In this document: positions 26,213-34,821 of the stretch, one piece after another | How positions within the stretch are numbered: the first letter of the stretch is position 1 | Layout of the letters: each line of letters opens with the position of its first letter | Source of the DNA: Squalus acanthias | Taxonomy: Eukaryota | Direction of reading: 5' to 3' | Assembly: GCA_030390025.1 (NCBI GenBank) | Contig: CM059432.1 | Span: 95,234,001 to 95,298,000 of the forward strand | Length of the DNA stretch: 64,000 bases | Translations under genes and position numbers: made by a program | The notes under the pieces: generated by a model | What the model was told of the DNA's origin: nothing | Seen by the model: the letters and a program-made list of their open reading frames with translations, nothing else | The model's database searches: none

Positions 26213-27661
26213 ACCACTACTTTTGTCCTAGCTTTCCAATTGTTCATCAGCACTCAACATGAAATCATTCACATTGCAAAACTATCATAGCATAGTCTGT
26301 GGGTAATATATTTTTCCTTCCAAGCAAGTTCCTTCACTCTGAGAATGTTAACATGTCTTATGAGCAGATATCCTGAGATATTCCTTTTTATAGATAAGGA
26401 AATAAAACAAGCAGCAAACCTCATGGTCACATCTGATGCAGTTTTTTTTCAGTTGAAGCAAACTGGTCATAAATTGTGCAACTGTGAATGATTTGTCGAG
26501 GAGCAAAGGGCACGAGTGTAGACGTGTTTACCACACTGCAGTAATGATAAAAATGAACTTTGGCCTGTACACAGTTCTAACATGAGGCATACATAAACAG
26601 GCACATAGGAGTAAGAAATCAATTTTTCAGAGCTTTATTATAGTCTGTGCTCAGCAAACATCATAGATATCTGTTGTAAACTTAATTCTACTAAACGTTT
26701 GTCTTTGTTAATTGCTTTTTTTTAAAAAAGAAAGAAGGTGGAGTGAAAAATCAATTAAGTACTATTGTTGTAAACCAAAAGCTGATAGTATGCATTGAGT
26801 TCTGGATCTGCCCTTGACCATTTGTCACTATGCAAATCTGCATCAGTCATCATTGTTGCAAAATGACTGCTCGTTTAATGTCAGTGCTTGCATATCAATT
26901 TTGTCTCCACGCAAAATCTTAATGAAAGGTACTATTCTTAGGTGCATAAATAAAAATCAGAATCTTCAAAGTATCCTGTTTGCCTTTTGTTCACATTTCC
27001 ACTTGTATCTGATTGGACTCTGATGGCTTTGCTTCTATTTGCGGTCTGTTACACATTTCCAATGCTGGAGACATGCGACACTTCAGATTTTTAGCAATTT
27101 TCACAGTTTACAAAACAGTACAAAGATAGATAAAGAATGACAAAAGAGTAACATCAGTCCCCTACAGAGGCAACTCTTACACACTCCTGGAGATGTGCAG
27201 GTATATGAATGCTTAAATCTAGAATAGGGTTGACATCTCTGGTTGGGCATATTCCTCGAGGTTTCATCACATGCCTGGATTTTGCAGTCGAGGCACAAGG
27301 CGCCAGTTGTATTAAGCGGCCTAATATCAATTTTCAACAAACATCACCTGGAAGCAAGAAGTGAGGCATCAATATGAAAATAAATACTGGAAAGGAATCC
27401 ATATAATTAAGTTATTGGCCCGGAATTTGCGGTCAGCGGCGAAGCGAAGGCATTCGCGCACTGGCCCTGAAGTACACTTCACACAAAGATCTCGTGATCC
27501 CTGTGTCGTGAACTTTGGGTTTTCCGACATTTTATTCAAATCAATGGAGCTTAGTGGGGATCCCCTTGTGCGAACTGCTGTGATGTCAGCAAGCTGTCAA
27601 AGCAGCCAATCAAAATGCAGAATTCTTACAGACAGCAAACAAGGAAGTGAGTAAACTCTTA

Positions 27662-28554
27662 GGGGTAAAAATTCACTTGGTTGCGCCTCCCGTTAGCGCC
27701 TTAAGAGGGCGCTAATGGGGCACAAAGCCGCTAACGCCCGGGTGCAGCGATGTTTGCGCCGCTCGAGAACTTAACTTGAGATTGTGCGGCGGCGCTAAAA
27801 CTTACCGCTGCGACCACCTGCGCGCGCAGATTGTGACGTCATTCCATGGTGCAACGCCCTTGTGGCGCCCCGTAGCGGAAATTGAGTGGCGCCCCCTGCC
27901 TTACCGCCTGGCGCTTCCAACGACCAGAAGACTGGAACGCTATCAATCGCTGTGGGGCTGGGGGGGGCGCTATTTAAAGGGGGCCTCTTCCTGTCTTTTA
28001 TTGTTGGTGGCATTTTTGAACTACGCATTCTGAGAGAGAGAGGGAGAGACTTCTGGAGAGATTCAACGTTGTGTGAAGGAGTTTTGGGTACTGAGCAGCA
28101 CTTTGCAGGTTCATTTTGATTTGCCATTCCTTGTATCGATTTAGCAGAGACTGTGGGAGCTGCACTCTGAGCTCTTTGCATGGTACTCTCCATTGTTCTT
28201 TCCAGCACATTTGATGTGCAAGTCTCTCCAGGCCGAGATTCAAGGCTGCAATGAACAGGATGTGGATGGAAAGCAAGATTAACCATCCCCTTTAAGAACT
28301 GGCCCGTGCCATTGTGTGTGTGTACCATTGCTGACTGACATTACATGAGCTTCGCCAGCGCTCTGAGGTAGCGCCTCACTGCTCGGCCTTTGCGCCTTAA
28401 GAGAGGTGTGCAGCGCCTGCTTTAGCGCTCCACTCACCTCCCGGGGCGGTAAAAGTGAAGTTTCCTGTCAGTGCCGATAATTAGCGCCAGGCGCTAATAT
28501 TTGCGTCCGGACGATATTTGCGCCCCAAATGGGGCGCAACCTAATTTCTACCCC
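27662..28554 (+). mobile_element. Non-autonomous Harbinger, 893 bp
   Basis: TIR ggggtaaaaatt / aatttctacccc; TTA TSD (27659-61, 28555-57); ends nearly identical to 28567-32713. Confidence 0.93.
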
Positions 28555-28875
28555 TTAAAATTCTTAGGGGTAAAAATTCACTTGGTTGCGCCTCCCGTTA
28601 GCGCCTTAAGAGGGCGCTAATGGGGCGTTAAGCCGCTAACGCCCGGGCGCAGCGCTGTTTGCGCCGCTCGAGAACTTAACTTGAGATTGTGCGGCGGCGC
28701 TAAAACTTACCGCTGCGACCACCTGCGCGCGCAGATTGTGACGTCATTCCATGGTGCAACGCCCTTGGGGCGCCCCGGAGCGTAAATTGAGTGGCGCCCC
28801 CTGCCTTACCGCCTGGCGCTTCCAACGACTGGAAGACTGGAACGTTATCAATCGGTGTGGGGCTGGGGGGGGCGC

Positions 28876-28883
28876 TATTTAAA
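28876..28883 (+). promoter_or_regulatory. Putative TATA box of the transposase gene
   Basis: TATTTAAA in a GC-rich context ~200 bp upstream of the ATG; kept at the same position in both non-autonomous relatives. Confidence 0.5.
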
Positions 28884-29078
28884 GGGGGCCTCTTCCTGTC
28901 TTTTTCTGTGGTCGACATTTATGCACCACTCATTCTGAGAGAGAGAGAGAGATTCGGAGAGAGAGAGAGAGAGACTTCTACATTGACTCAACGCTTTGTG
29001 AGGTAGTTTTGCCTAGTTCATCCTAACTTTGCTGCTACTTTCGTTGCTGTACCTCATTACTTTTCTGGCAAAGAGAAT

Positions 29079-30239
29079 ATGGGGGCTGCAATGATTGGGG
29101 GCGTCGTCCTGCTCCAGCTCAATCGGAGGATAGTGAGACGCAGACAGAGAGTGGCAATGATGGCCAGACGGAGGAGGGCCATCAGGCGCATGTACAGGAG
29201 AGCTTACCCTCCCAGGGTATATCGTGAACAGCTCTCCTACATCCATATGTCCGAGGAGCTGTGTTTGCGAAGGCTGCGATTCAGCAAGGAGGTGGTCACT
29301 GAGCTCTGCCACCTGCTGCAGCCAGATCTGCAGCCTCAGCTGAGGTCCAGGACGTCTCTGTCGGTGGCAGTGAAGGTCACAGTGGCTTTGAACTTCTACG
29401 CCACTGGCTCATTCCAAGCTGCTGTTGGGGACCTCGCCAATATCTCCCAGTTTGCGGTGCATCGCTGCATCCGGCAGGTCACCAATGCCCTCTTCAGAAG
29501 GAGACGAGACTTCATCTCTTTCCCTATGACCCCAGACAAGCAGCGTGACCGTGCTCTGGGCTTTGCGAGGGTAGCGGGCTTCCCCATGGTGCAGGGCGCC
29601 ATTGACTGCACGCATGTGGCTTTGCGTGCTCCGCGAGAGAATGCAGAGGAATTCAGGAACAGAAAGGGGTTCCATTCCTTGAATGTGCAGTTGGTCTGTG
29701 ACCACAGACAGGTGATACTCGCTGTCAATGCCCACTATCCGGGCAGCTGCCACGATGCTTTCATCCTGCGCCAGACTACTGTGGCAGAAGTTTTCGAGGC
29801 ACCGCATCAGCCAGTTGGTTGGCTTCTGGGGGACAAGGGGTACGCATTGAGCACCTGGCTGATGACACCGCTCCGTACGCCAAACACCCCTGCTGAGCTG
29901 CGGTACAATGAAAGCCATCAAGCAACCAGGAACATTATTGAGCGCACAATCGGCGTGCTGAAACAACGGTTCCGCTGTCTGGACCATTCCGGAGGAGCCC
30001 TGCAGTACTCGCCTGAGCAAGTTTCGAACTTCGTAGTCGTGTGCTGCATGTTGCACAACATGGCAATCCTCAGGACTCAGCCAATGCCACCAGGCCTTGT
30101 AGCACCACCAGAGGAGGAGGAGGAAGAGGAGGAAGAGGACGAGGACGATGATCATCAGCAGCACCAAGGCAGGAGGGCGGCCCACAATGGTCAAACTGCA
30201 AGGGCCGTCCGTCAACGACTAATAGCAAGCCGCTTCTAG
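29079..30239 (+). CDS. Harbinger DDE transposase (HARBI1-like family), 386 aa, uninterrupted
   Basis: Motifs LRRLRFSK, ALNFYATGSFQ..GD...ISQ (HTH), [68 protein letters not shown], acidic tail. Confidence 0.96.
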   Translation: MGAAMIGGVVLLQLNRRIVRRRQRVAMMARRRRAIRRMYRRAYPPRVYREQLSYIHMSEELCLRRLRFSKEVVTELCHLLQPDLQPQLRSRTSLSVAVKVTVALNFYATGSFQAAVGDLANISQFAVHRCIRQVTNALFRRRRDFISFPMTPDKQRDRALGFARVAGFPMVQGAIDCTHVALRAPRENAEEFRNRKGFHSLNVQLVCDHRQVILAVNAHYPGSCHDAFILRQTTVAEVFEAPHQPVGWLLGDKGYALSTWLMTPLRTPNTPAELRYNESHQATRNIIERTIGVLKQRFRCLDHSGGALQYSPEQVSNFVVVCCMLHNMAILRTQPMPPGLVAPPEEEEEEEEEDEDDDHQQHQGRRAAHNGQTARAVRQRLIASRF

Positions 30240-30533
30240 GGCCCCTGCCATTGCTACAAACACTAATCAACCCAGCACGCAACCCCTAAGCCGGCCAAGG
30301 CACCAATAATTCCAACCACCAGCCATGTATATTTTGAATACAGAAACTTATTTATTTTACAAACTCTGTGTGTGTCAATTCCTCATGACAAACTCATAGA
30401 AATAAACACAAAAAAACAGTCAATAACATAACTGGTTCTCACAACCTGGAGATAATGTCCAAAACACTAAACAAAAGTTGGACCATGAACCTCGGCCTTT
30501 AATAAAAAAATGACCAGCATTTTGGCACACCTC

Positions 30534-31513
30534 CTACTTTTTGCCCTTCGAGGGTGATCTCCTTCCCTTGCGCACTTCCCCCCTTCTAACCCTACTGCTC
30601 CTCCGTAATGGGACCTCAGTGGCTGCAGCAAGGCTGGTGGAAGGCTGCTGCTCGTCAGACCCTGACACTGCAGATGCCCCTGAAGGACGGCCTCGACCAC
30701 TTCTGGGCCTGGAGGGCCCGGCTGCAGACTGCACCAACTCTGCATGGGCGGCAGCAGTCTGTCCTACAGGCGGTGGCAAGTGCAGTGGAGAAGTGACAGT
30801 GTTGGCAGCAGGAATGCTGTCATCGTGAGAGAGGCCAGCAACTCCCTGCTCGCCCGACACACTGGCACTCCCACGGGGCAGCACTTCAGCATCCGGAGCA
30901 ATTTGCCGGAGAACAGATTGCTGGCCTGCTGCGGCGCGGTGACAGCCCCGGGGACATGTGCACGAACCATCGAGGTTGGCAGCAGTCTGTGCTCGCGTGG
31001 CCTCCATCTGAGTCTGTATGAGAGCAGTCAGAGGTGGGATCACGGCAGCCAGTGACTGAATTGCAGCACTAAGCGTTAGTGTGGCATCCGCCTGTGCTAC
31101 AGCGAAGTGCTCCACACTCCTTGCCAGTGACTCAATGCAATCGGGCACCCTTCCCACTGCACCCATGAGCTCAGTGTGCATGCCCACCGCCTGGGTGTTC
31201 ATTTCTGCAATCAGCCGCTCCTCCTCTGCGTCCATTGCAGTAGGAGTGTCTGGCATACTCTCCCTCTGGGGAGAAGGCCCCCGTTCTTCCCTACCACCCC
31301 CATGGCGTTGCTGCAGCCCGCTGGGTCCTGGAGCTTCACCATCATCAGCCCCTTCCCCCCTGCTCCCCTCCGGGGAAGGCGTGTTCCCAGTGTGGGCATG
31401 GGCTTCCTCGGGAGAGGGTGGCACTGATGCTCCGGCTTCCTCTTCCTCCTCAGCTGCAGCATCACTCCCAGTGGCAGCTTCAGGGCCCGTCTCCTCAGCT
31501 GGTGAATCACCAT
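30534..31513 (-). CDS. Harbinger Myb/SANT-like protein, exon 3 (acidic, coiled-coil-like, basic tail)
   Basis: Acceptor CTTTCAG; phase 1 puts it in frame with the 30534..31424 ORF; spliced CDS 237+163+980=1380 nt = 459 aa + stop. Confidence 0.85.
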
Positions 31514-31672
31514 CTGAAAGCAGGGAGGTACAAGAGTGGCTTTAGCGTGAGGACAGGGTGGCAGTAAGGGAGGAATAAGTGCAGCGAGTTAGCAAGTTGG
31601 ATTGAAAGTGTCAAAGGCTGGTATTGTGAGGGACAAGTGGAAGGACAGAGGACAAAAAGGTGATGACCTTAC

Positions 31673-31835
31673 CATTGCTGTCCACAACGGGGTCGGCATC
31701 TCCAGTGGCGACGGGACCGATCACCCGGCTTGCCACAATCCTGTGGACGCGCTCCTCCAGATCGCTGAGGGGTTGCAGCTGAAGCCGCCCTCCACCCGTC
31801 CGTTGCTGCTGTTTCCGATTATGAGCCAGCTTAGC
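31673..31835 (-). CDS. Harbinger Myb/SANT-like protein, exon 2
   Basis: Acceptor TTCTTGCAG; AKLAHNRKQQQRTGGG..LSDLEERV..; donor G|GTAAGG; 163 bp. Confidence 0.88.
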
Positions 31836-31863
31836 CTGCAAGAAAAAGGACAGCATCTGAGTA

Positions 31864-31971
31864 AATATACAGCCATGGTCTTGCCTGATGTGCCTCCCAT
31901 AGGTGAATAGCCCTTACAATATACAGCCATGGTCTTGCCTGATGTGCCTCCCATAGGTGAATAGCCCTTAC
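31864..31971. repeat. Perfect 54-bp tandem duplication in Myb gene intron 1
   Basis: aatatacagccatggtcttgcctgatgtgcctcccataggtgaatagcccttac x2. Confidence 0.95.
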
Positions 31972-32119
31972 TGTATGCAAAGTGTGGAATGTGTGTGTGT
32001 GTTTGATGAAAGGGCCATAGGTGTTGGATGAGTGTTGTGCATTGGGGTTTTAAGACCCTCTGGCCATAGAGTGAGGTTGAGATGGAGGGATGGAGAGGTA
32101 TTGAGAAAAAGCCACTCAC

Positions 32120-32356
32120 CCTGACGACCCGAGTGAGGTCGTTGAACTTTTTGCGGCATTGAGTATGGGTCCTGGGCACCATGCTCCTGGAGGAGACGCT
32201 CTGAGCCACCTCCCTCCACACTCTTCTGAACTCGCGTGGCAAAGGCCTCCTGCCACTCTCCGGGAACAGCATGCATCGTCTGCGCTCCACTGCGTCAACC
32301 AGAGCATCCAAGGCCCGCTCGGTGAAGCGATGAGCGCGTTCTCTCACCCTCTCCAT
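32120..32356 (-). CDS. Harbinger Myb/SANT-like DNA-binding protein, exon 1
   Basis: MERVRERAHRFTERALDALV..LFP..VWREVAQSVSS..PRTHTQCRKKFNDLTRVVR (79 codons); donor GTGAGT at 32119. Confidence 0.92.
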
Positions 32357-32843
32357 GCTTGGCAGCAAAATGGATTACAGGTCTCTCCAGGCTGAGATTC
32401 AAGGCTGCAATGAGCAGGGTGTGGCTGGGGAGCAAGTGGCCCCCCCCGCTTTAAGAAGTGTCCGGCGCCATTGTGTCTGTGTTCCCTCGCTAACTGGCAG
32501 CAGCTGCGCTGTGCTCGTGCGCTGAGTTAGCGCCTCACTCCTTGGCCTTTGCGCCTTAAGAGAGGTGTGCAGCGCCTACTTTAGCGCTCCACTCACCTCC
32601 CGGGGCGGTAAAAGTGAAGTTTCCTGTCAGTGCCGATAATTAGCGCCAGGCGCTAATATTTGCGTCCGGACGATATTTGCGCCCCAAATGGGGCGCGACC
32701 TAATTTCTACCCCTTAACTTTTTAAAAATGTTAGAGAGAACAAAACAAAGATTGGGGCTCGCACATGGGGACAAGGCAAATCTGAAATAAAGATGAACAA
32801 ACTGTAAAAAAAAATAGATTTTTAAAAAGCTATAAAAAAATTA

Positions 32844-33736
32844 GGGGGAAAAATTCAGTTGGTTGCGCCTTCCGTTAGCGCCTTAAGAGGGCGCTAATGG
32901 GGCGCAAAGCAGCTAGCGCCCGGGCGCAGCGATGTTTGCGCCGCTCGCGAACTTAACTAGACATTTTGCGGCGGCGCTAAACTTTATCGCCGCGATCTCC
33001 TGCGCCGGCAGATCATGACGTCACTCGAGTGCGCAACGCCCCGGTATCGCCCCGGAGCGGATATTGAGTGGCGCCCCCTGCCTTACCGCCTGACGCTAGC
33101 AACGACAGGTTGAGGGGAGTGTTCTGCAGTCATGAAGGGAAAGGGGGAGCGCTATTTAAAGGTGACCGCTTCCTGCCTTTTATTGTTGGTGTCATTTTTG
33201 AACTACGCATTCTGAGAGAGAGAGGGAGAAACTTCTGGAGAGATTCAACGTTGTGTGAAGGAGTTTTGGGTACTGAGCAGCACTTTGCAGGTTCATTTTG
33301 ATTTGCTATTCCTTGTATCGATTTAGCAGAGACTGTGGGGGCTGCACTCTGAGCTCCTTGCCTGGCACTCTCCATTGTTCTTTCCAGCACATTTGATGTG
33401 CAGGTCTCTCCAGGCCGAGATTCAAGGCTGCAATGAGCAGGATGTGGATGGAAAGCAAGATTAACCATCCCCTTTAAGAACTGGCCCGTGCCATTGTGTG
33501 TGTGTTCCATTGCTGACTGACATTACATGAGCTTCGCCAGCGCTCTGAGGTAGCGCCTCGCTCCTCGGCCTTTGCGCCTTAAGACAGGTGTGAAGCGCCT
33601 GATTTAGCGCTGCAATCACCTCCAGGGGCGATAAAAGTCAAGTTTGCAGTCGGTGGCGATAATTAGCGGCAGGCGCTAATCTTTGCGCCCGGCCGATATT
33701 TGCGCCCCAAACGGGGCGCGACTGAATTTTTCCCCC
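32844..33736 (+). mobile_element. Non-autonomous Harbinger, 893 bp (sister subfamily)
   Basis: Perfect 16-bp TIR gggggaaaaattcagt / actgaatttttccccc; TTA TSD (32841-43, 33737-39). Confidence 0.93.
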
Positions 33737-34724
33737 TTAATGTTTTATTAAAATGGACAAATTTCACACTGCACAAAATTAAAATTAGTTTTTCAGGCCC
33801 GTAACCTTTTTTTAAGCAGACAATACACTGTTAAAACCCCAGTTACACCTAATCTCCTTGGGTCTAACTTTTAGCGGGGAATTTAACAACGTAATTACTG
33901 CAGAAGAGCCGAAGTTTTCGTCAGTTTCCCTGATTTGGATGATTACACAGATTGCCGGCTCTGTGGGGGGCACAGCGCAGCCTGTTTCGGAGCTGTCAAT
34001 GACAGACCACAACTTCAGGATTTACACATGTGCCAAATCTTGAAGCTGCGGTCAGTTTCAAAGGTGGAATGACGGCGAACGCTGCCAGTTCGCCGTTATC
34101 CTGTCCGCAAATTCCGGGCCATTATGACTTTTAAAAAGGGAGAGGAACAAAGTGCTCCATGTGGCACACAGGCCCCAAAACTCCTTCACAAGGTGAGGGG
34201 AGGGGCCTGCCATGGTAAAGTCCTGTGGGGGGAATGCCAGCCACAAATAGGCCTTTGGCGGCGGGAGGAATGTGGAAAAGCTCCTTCAGCGGAATTGGGT
34301 GCGCCAGTCCCGGAAAATCCTTCATCAGTGGTGGGGGGGGGGGGGGGCGGGGAGGTGGCGGTCCCAACAAAGGGTAAAAGGGGCCCCAGCAGAGGGTAAA
34401 GGGGGCAATAAGTCCTTCAGTGGGAGGTGAGGATTTCCAGGTTTGAATGAGCAGTCAGCTCAGGGGAAGTGAGCAGGCATAAGCGGCTGATATAAGGCGC
34501 AAATGGCCCAGTGGATGAGAAAGCAAGAGAGCAGAATAAATGGCAAGCGACCGAGGTGGCTGGCTGGCTGGCAGGTGCATGTGGGGAAGGGGAAGGCGTG
34601 AATGGTGAAGGTGTTGAGCAGCTGACGCCGATAGCGGGTGGAGGGAGCAACAGAGGTGTGTAGCGGGAGAGCAGCCGACACCAATTGCAGGTCTGGAGAG
34701 TGCCTGAGCCATTCAATGCTCATT

Positions 34725-34821
34725 TCCAGAATTCCCTATGATTTATCACCCACCCCAGATTGCTGGATTAATTTTTCATTCCCGGAGACTCCAGGACAAT
34801 CCAGGAGAGTTGGTAACCCTA
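34725..34821. mobile_element. hAT-type MITE end
   Basis: Ends in ggagagttggtaacccta, the reverse complement of a TAGGGTT(G/A)CCAAC-type hAT terminus. Confidence 0.45.

Larger units (their letters stand above)
28567..32713 (+). mobile_element. Full-length autonomous PIF/Harbinger DNA transposon, 4147 bp
   Basis: TIR ggggtaaaaatt / aatttctacccc; TTA TSD (28564-66, 32714-16); encodes convergent transposase and Myb/SANT genes. Confidence 0.96.
27417..34120. mobile_element. Host Harbinger-type MITE (~760 bp when empty) carrying three nested insertions
   Basis: Perfect 16-bp TIR ggcccggaatttgcgg / ccgcaaattccgggcc; flanks fit a 3-bp TSD ATT (alternatively 4-bp TTAT with a 17-bp TIR). Confidence 0.85.

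Noticed and set aside
27795..28328. 177-aa ORF and its 126-aa twin at 33130-33510
   Set aside because: They lie in non-autonomous element cores; the similarity reflects repeat identity, the ends differ, and no domain is recognisable.
29079..30239. Calling the transposase the domesticated host gene HARBI1
   Set aside because: It lies between TIRs with a TSD, is paired with a Myb gene, is nested in another TE and has decayed paralogues nearby, so it is a transposon copy.
29396..30282. Antisense ORFs (268 aa and others) over the transposase
   Set aside because: Shadow frames of a GC-rich coding strand with no recognisable motifs.
31721..32119. Repeated peptide KGYSPMGGTSGKTMAVY in the 215-aa ORF
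   Set aside because: Read-through into intron 1 across the 54-bp duplication; the GTGAGT donor position is shared with the 40-kb paralogue.
27662..33736. CRISPR-like or tandem array reading of the recurring GC-rich repeats
   Set aside because: The repeats are transposon ends with TIRs and TSDs in a vertebrate genome, with no repeat-spacer periodicity.
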